64,000 bases of DNA from Ruminococcus sp. CAG:563 (GTDB lineage Bacteria; Bacillota; Clostridia; Oscillospirales; Acutalibacteraceae), in assembly GCA_000434915.1 (NCBI GenBank), contig FR882080.1, positions 26,377 to 90,376 of the forward strand. Reading direction: 5' to 3'. The position numbers and the translations under genes were made by a program. The stretch's first letter is position 1; every line of letters begins with the position of its first letter. This document shows, piece by piece, positions 52,980-61,998 of this stretch. The notes under the pieces are model-generated. The model was not told the DNA's origin. It saw only the letters and a program-made list of their open reading frames with translations, and made no database searches.

Positions 52980-53516
52980 TCAGTGCTTCTTAAATAACTT
53001 TCTGAATTGCTTCTGCCATTTTCTGTAGTATGCCATTTCGAGCTTTTCAATCGCAATATCATACATAATGAATGCGGCTAATCCAAGCACAACAAGCAGC
53101 GGAATCATGAACCCCTGCGTATCCTCCAAAAGCTCGGTCGAAATGCCGAAAACGTGCATTATTATATAATAAGTCGCAACGATTACCCCGACAAAGAACA
53201 CCGCCTTGACGATGTAGCCGAGAAACTTCGGCAGCTTGTCAAAGAGGAGCTTAACAAGCGGATAGTAGCCTATCAGAGCTATGTAAATCGCCACAGCCTC
53301 TTTCTCGGGAACAACAAGCGCACTAATCACCGAGGTTCCCACATAAACTCCGAGTGCCCATTTCCAGTCGCACTCAATACGCATAAACATAACGAGGATC
53401 GCCGCAAGTGCCGGAATCGCATAGGTCAGGAACGGAATAACAGAGGCCAGCATCATCAACGCCGCCGAAAGTCCCATACACATTCCGCCCAAAGCCGTTT
53501 TTACCGTATTCTTCAT
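52980..53516 (-). CDS. Small polytopic membrane protein, function unknown
   Basis: 178 aa, 4-5 TM. Confidence 0.4.
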   Translation of the reverse strand: MKNTVKTALGGMCMGLSAALMMLASVIPFLTYAIPALAAILVMFMRIECDWKWALGVYVGTSVISALVVPEKEAVAIYIALIGYYPLVKLLFDKLPKFLGYIVKAVFFVGVIVATYYIIMHVFGISTELLEDTQGFMIPLLVVLGLAAFIMYDIAIEKLEMAYYRKWQKQFRKLFKKH

Positions 53517-53526
53517 ATCATCACCG

Positions 53527-54129
53527 TCAACAGCATCTTATAAGGTCGCCGCCCATACATTCGCAGCAACAATCCGCACACATAAGCGACGAACAGATAT
53601 TGCAAGGACTGCAGCAGCCGTCGTTATCGTCATTCTGTTTGTTTTTTCTGAAATTGCCCTTTGACTCACGCTCAAGCTGATTGAATGCAGCTTCATATTC
53701 CGAATTGCCCGGCTCCATCTCCTTGGCTTTTCTGAAGCTTTCGAGTGCGCTCTCAAGCCAGCCTCTTCTGTGCTGGATTGTGCCCTTGAGATAATACCAC
53801 TCGGCATTTCTGCGTTGGTAAGGAATACCGTCAAGCAGTGTTTCGGCGTCGTCAATTCTGCCGCCGTTGAGCTTTGCCCTTATATCGCCGAATTCGGAGG
53901 TCTGACCGCCTGCCGCATTTGCGCCGAAGCCGGTATCGGCATAGGAGTTGTCCGTTCTGCTGCCGCTTAAATTATTGATTATAAAATCGTAAGCATCGTT
54001 CAGCTCATTCATTTTCGCCTGATCTTCGCTGTATCGACGAGCCTTGTCACGATATGCTCTTTTGATTTCATCCATGCTTGCCGACGACGTTACGCCGAGC
54101 ACTTCATACGGATTTTTCACAACGTTCAA
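53527..54129 (-). CDS. J-domain protein with a TPR-like segment and a poly-Cys C-terminus
   Basis: 'NPYEVLGVTSSASMDEIKRAYR' J domain; C-terminal 'CCSPCNICSSLMCADCCCECMGGDLIRCC'. Confidence 0.6.
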   Translation of the reverse strand: MNVVKNPYEVLGVTSSASMDEIKRAYRDKARRYSEDQAKMNELNDAYDFIINNLSGSRTDNSYADTGFGANAAGGQTSEFGDIRAKLNGGRIDDAETLLDGIPYQRRNAEWYYLKGTIQHRRGWLESALESFRKAKEMEPGNSEYEAAFNQLERESKGNFRKNKQNDDNDGCCSPCNICSSLMCADCCCECMGGDLIRCC

Positions 54130-54961
54130 CCTCCTTACAGATTACTTTTTTTGCGGAACATTCCGTTCCGTATACAAGCACGTTATCTATTATATCATAA
54201 AATCTGTAAATTTCCAACTTATTTAAGTTATTTATTGCCTCTCCGACGGTAAGCGACAGCATTCTCTCGCAATATATCTTAAAATCCGGCAAACTATATC
54301 GCTTTTTCAGCGGATTGAAACTGCCTGTTTTGATATCGTCCTCGCAGTCGTCAACCGCATCAATAAGATAAACCCAGCGGCCTAAGAAATAGCCGAGCCT
54401 GTTCAATGCCGTGTTGTCCGACGCTTCGATATCCGTCGAAACCATTTCGGCAAGCATTTTTGCACTTGCGTCCGCCGCTTCGTCAACACCTACGTCTCTC
54501 TTCTCCGCCTCGGCCTGCTCCTCCATGAGCTTTCCAAGCTTTTCGGCAATCACGGGATTGTTTTTCTTCGCCTTTTTAAATATATGATTTGCATAAGGCA
54601 TCAAAATTTTGCAAAGCAATTTTTTGAAAAATTTGCTGTCTGCGATATTATCCTTTATCTTATAATAAAATGTGAGCATTGACACATCGGCAGTATATGC
54701 TATATCAACGCTGCTGCCCGAGCAGTCGTAGCATTTTTTTATCGGATTAAATGAACAGTGCGATTTTTTCATGCACACCTTGTTTTTTCTGACCGCCATT
54801 CGCAGAATTGCAAGAAACGTAAAATCATACGAAAGCGTAAGCCTTGCGAGCAAGCCGTAACGCTTGCCTATTGACTTGCAAAGCGAGCAGTAAACGCCCT
54901 TGTACATATCATAATCCTTGAATTTCATTTCGGGCCTGTACGCCCTGACATACCCCAGCAA
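54104..54961 (-). CDS. Cys-containing hypothetical protein (uncharacterised family) translationally coupled to the J-domain gene
   Basis: 285 aa; 'CSLCK' and 'CYDCSG' motifs; 26-nt overlap with the downstream gene. Confidence 0.45.
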   Translation of the reverse strand: MLGYVRAYRPEMKFKDYDMYKGVYCSLCKSIGKRYGLLARLTLSYDFTFLAILRMAVRKNKVCMKKSHCSFNPIKKCYDCSGSSVDIAYTADVSMLTFYYKIKDNIADSKFFKKLLCKILMPYANHIFKKAKKNNPVIAEKLGKLMEEQAEAEKRDVGVDEAADASAKMLAEMVSTDIEASDNTALNRLGYFLGRWVYLIDAVDDCEDDIKTGSFNPLKKRYSLPDFKIYCERMLSLTVGEAINNLNKLEIYRFYDIIDNVLVYGTECSAKKVICKEVERCEKSV

Positions 54962-54973
54962 ATGTCCACTTCC

Positions 54974-55423
54974 TCAGAACAAAATATGAATAGTGAATTT
55001 ATTTCCGCAAATCGGACAGGTTATATTCCTCTTGCCCCGCTTTTTTGAAAGACGCAAATTTTCTCCGCAATTCGGGCAAACCCTGAACCTGTGAGTTTTG
55101 AAATACTTGAATCTCAAGCCCTGCCTTTTGAACCAACGCTTCATCTTTCTGAAATGCTCGGTATAATTGGTTCTGACGAGCAGATTATCAAACCATTCGC
55201 CCTCACGTCGGCGTTTTTCGATATTCTTCGACAGCACACGGAATACGGCGAATCCGAAAACAGCGAGAGCCAAAACATAGAAAATATAGTAAGCTATGCG
55301 ATTGCGCATAAACGAGCCGATTCCGTTGAGCAGAAGATTTAACAGAATCAAAAATCCCGTCAGCTTATCAAGGCCGTATCTGCCATACATAAAGTTATAT
55401 AATTTTTGCATAAAATTGTTCAT
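54974..55423 (-). CDS. Membrane protein with a C-terminal zinc ribbon
   Basis: Two TM segments then 'CPNCGENL...CPICGNKF'. Confidence 0.4.
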   Translation of the reverse strand: MNNFMQKLYNFMYGRYGLDKLTGFLILLNLLLNGIGSFMRNRIAYYIFYVLALAVFGFAVFRVLSKNIEKRRREGEWFDNLLVRTNYTEHFRKMKRWFKRQGLRFKYFKTHRFRVCPNCGENLRLSKKRGKRNITCPICGNKFTIHILF

Positions 55424-55587
55424 TTTGAATTAACCCGCTTTCAGGTCGTTTTCTTTCAAGTAACCGTCGATTACTTATCTTTATATATTATACTTGACAA
55501 ACAAACTCAAGGTGTTACAATTTTATTAACAAATTTAAAAAGAACGTCGGTTTTTTCGCCGACGTTGTGAGAACGGAAGATTAAAAC

Positions 55588-56565
55588 ATGGAAATTGTTA
55601 AGCCGAAATATTTTAACTCGTTTAAATGCATCGCCGGCCGCTGCCCGGACACATGCTGCGCAGGCTGGGACGTTGAGATTGATGACGCTTCGGCGGAAAA
55701 ATATAAAAGCGAAACAGGCTGCTTGAAGCAATATTTTGACAAGCACCTGACAACAGACGAGGACGGATATATTTTTTCGCTTGTCGACGGCCGCTGCCCT
55801 ATGCTTGATGAAAATAATCTTTGCCGAATTCAGCTTGAACACGGCGAAACGGCACTTTGTGACACCTGCCGGCTTTTTCCGAGATACTTCGACGATTACG
55901 GCGAAATCCGTGAAACAGGTCTCGGTCTCGGCTGTCCCGAGGCGGCAAGAATTTTGCTCTCCCCCGAAACAGACGTGGAGCTCGACAGGACGGTTAAAAG
56001 CCCCGACAGAATATATAATCTGCTGACGGAAAAGCGTGAAGAATTCTTTACGATTCTCGACAATAAAAATTTTGACCTCAAAATGAAGCTTTCCGCCGTG
56101 CTTTTCTCCGCCGCCGAATTTCAAAGCGATATTGACAAGGTTGACATGCTCGGCGGCGACAGCAGCGTTGAATTTTCCGAGTGCATCAATGTCCTTAAAA
56201 AGATGGAATACATCAGTGATAAACGCAAAGAAAGGCTCGTTTTCCTCTCGGAAGAAAAAGCGATTTATCACAACAGCGAAAAATTTGCCGGAGATATCGT
56301 TCGGCTTTTCAAATACTATCTCATGCGATACATGATGACGGCTTGCTTCGACCTCGACCTGCTGACAAAGGTTAAATACGGCATCTTTGCGTGCATAATT
56401 ACGGAAAGGCTCTATGACAGCGTTCCCGAATTGAGCTTTGACGAGCGTGTGCGAATCCTTTACGGCTACTCAAAAGAGGTTGAATACTCGCAGATAAACC
56501 TCGATATTCTTGACGACGCAATGTATAACGATTTCACTGTGGCCGAGCTGGTGAACCTTCTTTAA
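55588..56565 (+). CDS. YkgJ/FliB-like cysteine-cluster protein (CxxCxxCC zinc/iron-chelating domain)
   Basis: 'FKCIAGRCPDTCCAGWDVEIDD' N-terminal cluster. Confidence 0.45.
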   Translation: MEIVKPKYFNSFKCIAGRCPDTCCAGWDVEIDDASAEKYKSETGCLKQYFDKHLTTDEDGYIFSLVDGRCPMLDENNLCRIQLEHGETALCDTCRLFPRYFDDYGEIRETGLGLGCPEAARILLSPETDVELDRTVKSPDRIYNLLTEKREEFFTILDNKNFDLKMKLSAVLFSAAEFQSDIDKVDMLGGDSSVEFSECINVLKKMEYISDKRKERLVFLSEEKAIYHNSEKFAGDIVRLFKYYLMRYMMTACFDLDLLTKVKYGIFACIITERLYDSVPELSFDERVRILYGYSKEVEYSQINLDILDDAMYNDFTVAELVNLL

Positions 56566-56582
56566 TAAAATAGCTGTATTAA

Positions 56583-56614
56583 TGGGCTGTGACGAAAAAT
56601 TATTCGTCACAGCC
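56583..56614. terminator. Bidirectional terminator between convergent genes
   Basis: gggctgtgacg-aaaaattatt-cgtcacagccc perfect 11-bp stem flanked by A/T runs. Confidence 0.7.
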
Positions 56615-56635
56615 CATGATTTTTTAATCTGTCGC

Positions 56636-59464
56636 TTACTTAAAGAGCTTCAAAAACCAGTTGATCGCCTTAACAAATACCGCTTTAACGGCATTGAATG
56701 CTACCTGAAGCTTATCCTTGAAGCTTTGTTTATCCTCAATATTGAAGTCAACGCTTGCCGTTCCTTTGAAATTGCCTATGCCCTTTATTATGGCGGTTGC
56801 CGTGCCGGCCGATTTGTTGTTCTTATAGGACACGGTGTAATCCTCACCCTCCCTGAGCGTTTTGCCGTTGAACTTAATCTTGAGCTTTGGCTCGCAAGGA
56901 GTCTGTCCGTTAACAGTCTGCGTCGGGATCGAAGCAATTTCAGCCTTGTCGATTGAAACGGCGATAATTGCAAAATCAACCTTAGTAATGAGCATTGAGA
57001 AATCCCCAAGACCTGTCACGATAACGTTCGCCGTGCCGACATTCAGGTTATTAATATATTCCGTTGAATAGTCCTTGTTGTCCGTAAGCTTTCTGTCGGA
57101 AAATCTGACGGAAACCTGCGGCTCAATCTTCTTGCCCGTGTAGCTCTGATTTGCGATAGGAGCCACGATGAGTGTTGTTACTCTTATTCTGTTTGCCTTT
57201 GCATAGCTCTCGGCGTATGAATTCTCGTTGCAATAAATTGTGAGCTTTTCGCAGCCCTCAAACGCATCATCGGCAATTTTTTCAACAGAATCGGCAATGA
57301 CTGCCGTTTCAAGGTTTTCGCACGATGCGAATGCAAGCGTACGAATCTCCTTAACATTTCCGCCGACCTCAAGGATTTTGAGCTGCGAGAAATACTGGAA
57401 ACTGCTCTCGCCAACCGTCTGTGCATCCAGATTTGAAAGTGTCAGCTTAACATCGGTGATTCCTGTTTCGTCAAATGCGCCCTCATCAATGCAGGTTATA
57501 TCCTCAAATGTGAAGTCCTTCAATGATGTACAATATCGGAAAGCCTCATACAAAATTTCCTTGTTTCCGATCCTGTTCCATGTGACCTTATATAATTTCT
57601 CACAATCTGCAAATGCCCACTCTCTGATATATTCCGTATTCTTTGGGATAACTACAGTTTCAAGCTCCTTACAGAACTCAAATGTACTGCCTCCGAAATC
57701 AACGATCGAATCAGGCATGACAACATTCTTCACAGCCGTATTTTCAAAAGCACCCGGGCCTATCGTAATAACGCCGTCCTCAAAGCTTATCTCGCTGAGA
57801 TTCTTACAATCGGTAAATAAATATCCGGGAATAATTTTCTGATTTTTGGTAAAGGCAAATGAAGTTACCATGGTCTTGCGAAAAGCACCGTTTCCCAGTT
57901 CCGCTCTTTGCGCAAAGTCAGCGTTTGTGATCTTTGTGTAAGCGAAGGCACGATTACCTACAAATTCAATATTGCTGTTCTCACTGACAATAACTTCCTT
58001 CAATTCAAGGCAATCATTAAACGCCTCGCGTTCGATTCTCTTTATACTGTCGGGCAAAGTGATGCTTTCCAAAGATTTACAGTTATCAAATGCCTGCGCC
58101 GCAATCGATGTCCAGCCGTCCTCAAATTCAACATTTTTGAGCGTTCGGCAGTATGCCATTGCACCGTCCCATGATTTGAGAGTTTTCGGGATTTTTATCG
58201 ACTCGATCGAATTATACGCAAATGCCTTCACTCCGATAAACTTCAGCGATTTCGGAAATTCAACCGAGCTGATTCTTCCCATTTCGTCGGAAATAGAGTT
58301 GCTGTTGGCTCTTGCAAATGCCTCCGTACCTATGTATTCGATTCCGTTCGGGAGTTTCAGCTCGCCATCGAACGGGCAGAATGCGAATGCCTGACCGCAA
58401 AGCGTTTTCAGCGACGCCGGAAGAACCGGATTTGCAAGTGAGGTACAAAGTGCAAATGCACCGTAACCAATGTACTCAACCGAATCGGGAATGCTGACGG
58501 ATTCAAGCGAGGTACAGCCTGTGAATGCTAAGTCCCCTATTCTTTTCAGCGTTGACGGAAATTTGACTGCAAGAAAACTATATTTTGAAGTGTATTTCCC
58601 GATATCGTCCTTTGATACCGACTTATACCTGCTTTCCACTTTGCTTTCAAATGCCTTTGCTCCGATACTTACAACCTTATGCGAGTCAAGCTCGGCGGGT
58701 ATATCCAGAAGAGAAGCATCCGCAGCTCCCGTATAGCCTGTTATTTCGGCATTATTATCCTCATCAAGCGTATAGGTGAAATAGCCCGACGAATACTCTT
58801 TCTTCGCTTCCTTGCTCTTGAAAATATAGTATTCGTTCTCTTTTCCGCTGTAAAAGTAACCACCATTTGCAAGATAACAATAAATATCAATACTTGGCCA
58901 TTCCTTGAGCATAAATACAGTTTTATCGCTCATAGAAAATTTTGAAAACGATGCTTTTGAGGACGGCGACAAAGATTTTTCTATAATAAACTTCTCAATA
59001 CCGTCACATTTATGGAAAGAATCATTGGTAAATTTATAACAGCTTTTCGGCAGATGAACCGTCTTTATCGACGGACAATTACTGAATGATTTCCTTGTCA
59101 TTGATTCAAAACCGTCATTAAAAACTACCTCTTCAAGATTCGGACAGTCAACAAAAGTTTCCCTGTTCATTTCACGCACATTTTCCGAAAAAATCACCTT
59201 GCGTGCTTTTTTATTAATAAATGCACCCTTTTCGATTTTAGAAACGGGAATACCGTCAATCTCATTCGGAATCGTTACAATTTCCTCATCCTTCAAATAT
59301 TCAAGAATTCTAAGCTTTCCGTCATAACTGTAATTATAACGATAATCCTCTGTCATTTGGTCGCTGAAATCGTATGCCTTCGCCGGCCTGGCAACGGATA
59401 CCATGGTTATAACCGATATAACGGCAAGCATTACGGATAAAATCTTAGAAAGTGTTTTCTTCAT
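56636..59464 (-). CDS. BspA-type leucine-rich-repeat cell-surface protein
   Basis: Signal peptide 'MKKTLSKILSVMLAVISVITMVSVARPAKA'; more than 15 'xxAFxxCxxLxxIxIPxSVxxIgxxAF' LRR_5 repeats; C-terminal Ig-like region; 'INWFLKLFK' tail. Confidence 0.7.
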   Translation of the reverse strand: MKKTLSKILSVMLAVISVITMVSVARPAKAYDFSDQMTEDYRYNYSYDGKLRILEYLKDEEIVTIPNEIDGIPVSKIEKGAFINKKARKVIFSENVREMNRETFVDCPNLEEVVFNDGFESMTRKSFSNCPSIKTVHLPKSCYKFTNDSFHKCDGIEKFIIEKSLSPSSKASFSKFSMSDKTVFMLKEWPSIDIYCYLANGGYFYSGKENEYYIFKSKEAKKEYSSGYFTYTLDEDNNAEITGYTGAADASLLDIPAELDSHKVVSIGAKAFESKVESRYKSVSKDDIGKYTSKYSFLAVKFPSTLKRIGDLAFTGCTSLESVSIPDSVEYIGYGAFALCTSLANPVLPASLKTLCGQAFAFCPFDGELKLPNGIEYIGTEAFARANSNSISDEMGRISSVEFPKSLKFIGVKAFAYNSIESIKIPKTLKSWDGAMAYCRTLKNVEFEDGWTSIAAQAFDNCKSLESITLPDSIKRIEREAFNDCLELKEVIVSENSNIEFVGNRAFAYTKITNADFAQRAELGNGAFRKTMVTSFAFTKNQKIIPGYLFTDCKNLSEISFEDGVITIGPGAFENTAVKNVVMPDSIVDFGGSTFEFCKELETVVIPKNTEYIREWAFADCEKLYKVTWNRIGNKEILYEAFRYCTSLKDFTFEDITCIDEGAFDETGITDVKLTLSNLDAQTVGESSFQYFSQLKILEVGGNVKEIRTLAFASCENLETAVIADSVEKIADDAFEGCEKLTIYCNENSYAESYAKANRIRVTTLIVAPIANQSYTGKKIEPQVSVRFSDRKLTDNKDYSTEYINNLNVGTANVIVTGLGDFSMLITKVDFAIIAVSIDKAEIASIPTQTVNGQTPCEPKLKIKFNGKTLREGEDYTVSYKNNKSAGTATAIIKGIGNFKGTASVDFNIEDKQSFKDKLQVAFNAVKAVFVKAINWFLKLFK

Positions 59465-60393
59465 TTTGTCTCCTCCTTAATTCCGAAGGTCGTATAAACT
59501 CCCTCGTATGTGATTGTTATAAAAGCAGTCCCATTAGGAAGCTTCTCTGTTTTAATTGTGTATTCTCCTCTGTTAAGCTTCTTCTCTCTCCTGTCGCTGT
59601 AAACCGCATAGACCTCCATGCCGCCCAGATCGATGTTATCTATGTCCTCCGTCGTGAAGTCAAATCCTTCCGGGAAAGATGCATAAACGGAATTGAGCAC
59701 CTTGGTGTCCTCCTTGCGAAGCACCCTTACCCTGAACGTTTCCGAAGCATTGCCGAAGCTTATCTTTACCGTTTCGTAACGCTCCCTTATGCCGAAGCCG
59801 TCATCCGCAGTAACCTTACAGTCGGCAAGCGGAACAATTTTTTCAGTTCCGTCGGAGTAGCTGACAACAGCCGTTATGCCGGATGTATCAAGCTTTTCGC
59901 CGATGTAGTATTCATCCTTGAAGCTGTCACCGAATCTGAGCCTTATTCCCGTCGGAATTGCCGCCTGCGTTGTCGGCTTTGTCGTGGTCGTTACGGCTTC
60001 GGTCGTCATTGTCCTTTCGGCGGTTGCACTCTCGGTCACAGCCTGAGTTACAGTGGTTGTTTTAGCTTCTCGTTTTTGCTCTATCGTATGGCTGACTGCC
60101 ACAGCACCGAAGCTTATCGCCGCCAATATCGCACATGCCGCCGCAACCGATACAAACTTCTGTCTAAAGGTTTTACCTGCGTGCTTCTTTACAAACGGAA
60201 TGACCTTTGCAAAGTTTTCGCTCTCAAGCTCCTCAAGCGTGTTTATACATTCATCAATAAAATCACAATTCGGCTCATCCTTTGAAAGCTCCTCGTCGAT
60301 AAGCGAATTAATAAGCTCTGCGACCTCTGCCTTAAAGCTTGTATCATCATATATGCTGTTGAGTATCTCTTTTGTTAACTTAAGATCATTCAC
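59461..60393 (-). CDS. Anti-sigma factor (single TM, extracytoplasmic domain)
   Basis: Immediately downstream of the sigma factor; cytoplasmic N-domain, TM 'FVSVAAACAILAAISFGAVAV'; 4-nt overlap with the LRR gene start. Confidence 0.5.
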   Translation of the reverse strand: MNDLKLTKEILNSIYDDTSFKAEVAELINSLIDEELSKDEPNCDFIDECINTLEELESENFAKVIPFVKKHAGKTFRQKFVSVAAACAILAAISFGAVAVSHTIEQKREAKTTTVTQAVTESATAERTMTTEAVTTTTKPTTQAAIPTGIRLRFGDSFKDEYYIGEKLDTSGITAVVSYSDGTEKIVPLADCKVTADDGFGIRERYETVKISFGNASETFRVRVLRKEDTKVLNSVYASFPEGFDFTTEDIDNIDLGGMEVYAVYSDRREKKLNRGEYTIKTEKLPNGTAFITITYEGVYTTFGIKEETK

Positions 60394-60409
60394 GGTTTCT
60401 CACCTCATC

Positions 60410-60940
60410 TCATGTTATACAGTAGGTTTTTACCAAATCTTTTATCCGACTGCGTAATCGTGAAACACGCTTTGCCGTTGCAGTCGGCGTGATGTTCAGA
60501 ATTTCGGAAATTTCCTTTAGTGATTTTCGCTTTATGAACTTCAATTCATAAAGAGCTCTTTCTTCAACCGTCAGCATCTCGATTAAGAGCCGTGCACATT
60601 CATCATAATCGAAATCATCGGGCAAGCTATCGGGCGGTGCGGCAATTTTTTCAGCCGCTTCGTCGATATCGACTGTTCGGCTCTGCCGCTTTCGGCAGCT
60701 TTCAATCGTCCTCTTAACGAAGTTATCCGCCGTCCTATACAGAAACGCTCTCGGCTGTTCGACCGTTTCTCCGTCCGTCAGCTTATTATGAAGAACTAAG
60801 AAGGCGTCCTGCACACAGTCCTCGGCATGCTGCGAAAATTCACCGAGCCGCACACGGCAGTATTTATAGATGCTCTGATAGTATTTTTCATAGTAATCGC
60901 CGACGGTGTTGTCCGTCAGCAAACGTTCGTCAACGTCCAT
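60410..60940 (-). CDS. RNA polymerase sigma-70 family factor, ECF-type
   Basis: Region-2-like 'YYEKYYQSIYKYCRVRL...DAFLVLHNKL' and region 4 'SLKEISEILNITPTATAKRVSRLR'. I place the start at ATG 60940 with an AGGAGGG RBS (the track's codon at 60946 is TTG). Confidence 0.7.
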   Translation of the reverse strand: MDVDERLLTDNTVGDYYEKYYQSIYKYCRVRLGEFSQHAEDCVQDAFLVLHNKLTDGETVEQPRAFLYRTADNFVKRTIESCRKRQSRTVDIDEAAEKIAAPPDSLPDDFDYDECARLLIEMLTVEERALYELKFIKRKSLKEISEILNITPTATAKRVSRLRSRIKDLVKTYCIT

Positions 60941-61138
60941 GTGCAACCCTCCTTTATTTTGTCCTTCATTTAGTAGTCAGCCCAAACCGGGTTTGTGACA
61001 TTAATTTTTCAAAAATTTTTTAATAAAAGAAAACAGCCGCCGCATTAAAGGGATTTCGCCTTAATGCGACAGCCATCGCAACCGTTAATATTATACAATA
61101 CAATCCGTACCGTTGCAATGAAAATGTTATCAAAATTA

Positions 61139-61172
61139 AACGGCACAGGAAACCTGTGCCGCCGAAGTTATT
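61139..61172. repeat. 34-bp direct repeat copy 1, containing a hairpin terminator
   Basis: aacggcacaggaaacctgtgccgccgaagttatt; the ggcacagg-aaa-cctgtgcc hairpin sits at the 3' end of the HTH gene. Confidence 0.8.
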
Positions 61173-61413
61173 ATTTTATTTCCTGCTCAAGATTATCAAA
61201 AAGTTCACTGTCAAAAAACTGCCGCAAGCTTATTTCCAACCCGTCACAAAGCTTCTGCAAAGAAACAACACCGGGATTTTGACTTTTTTCGTTGAGCATA
61301 CTGTAAACCGTCGATGGAGACACGCCGGAAATATTTGCCAACGCATTGACGGCAATATTTCTTTCGTCGCAAAGCTGTAATATTCTCTTTGCAACAGCCT
61401 CTTTTGCGGTCAT
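61171..61413 (-). CDS. XRE-family HTH transcriptional regulator (80 aa)
   Basis: 'NALANISGVSPSTVYSMLNEK' HTH. Confidence 0.7.
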   Translation of the reverse strand: MTAKEAVAKRILQLCDERNIAVNALANISGVSPSTVYSMLNEKSQNPGVVSLQKLCDGLEISLRQFFDSELFDNLEQEIK

Positions 61414-61450
61414 AAATATATCCTCCTAATGTTTATCATTTAAAATTTTA

Positions 61451-61525
61451 CATAATTATGCGATAAATCGTGTGGGATATATCGCATAATTATTATTTAT
61501 GTGCTATAATTACGATATATCCCAC
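61451..61525. promoter_or_regulatory. Divergent promoter region with two nested inverted repeats (candidate operators)
   Basis: cataattatgcgata / tatcgcataattatt and gtgggatatatcg / cgatatatcccac; a TATAAT at 61505-61510. Confidence 0.55.
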
Positions 61526-61539
61526 AAGGAGTGATATTT

Positions 61540-61950
61540 ATGATATGTACTTTTTTTGGACACAGAGACTGCCCGTCACAAATAGAATTATCTTTAAAGC
61601 AACAAATTGTCAATTTAATAGAAAATTATTCGGTTGACACATTCTATGTCGGAAATAATGGTAACTTTGATAAAATTGTTTATAAAACCCTATCATCATT
61701 AAAATGTACTTATGAAATAAAAATATATGTTATACTTGCGTATCTTCCTAACAACGACGCCTTTAGCTCTGACTCGATATATCCGGAGGGAATAGAAAAG
61801 GTTCCTCCAAAATTTGCTATTCCTTGGCGTAACAAATGGATGGTCAATAATTCCGATTACGTAATTGCCTTCTTGCGACACGATTTTGGCGGAGCGGCAA
61901 AATCAGTAGAATATGCCGAAAAGAAATGTATAAAAGTTATTAGAATATGA
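61540..61950 (+). CDS. SLOG/LOG-like Rossmann-fold protein (DUF1273/YpsA-like), AT-rich
   Basis: 'FFGHRD', 'YVGNNGNFD' and 'DFGGAAKSVEYAEKK' resemble the LOG-type G-rich loops; AAGGAG RBS (the track's ORF begins at a GTG at 61531). Confidence 0.35.
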   Translation: MICTFFGHRDCPSQIELSLKQQIVNLIENYSVDTFYVGNNGNFDKIVYKTLSSLKCTYEIKIYVILAYLPNNDAFSSDSIYPEGIEKVPPKFAIPWRNKWMVNNSDYVIAFLRHDFGGAAKSVEYAEKKCIKVIRI

Positions 61951-61951
61951 A

Positions 61952-61985
61952 AACGGCACAGGAAACCTGTGCCGCCGAAGTTATT
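61952..61985. repeat. 34-bp direct repeat copy 2, hairpin terminator shared with iolG
   Basis: Identical to 61139-61172. Confidence 0.8.
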
Positions 61986-61998
61986 GTTTTTTAGGATA

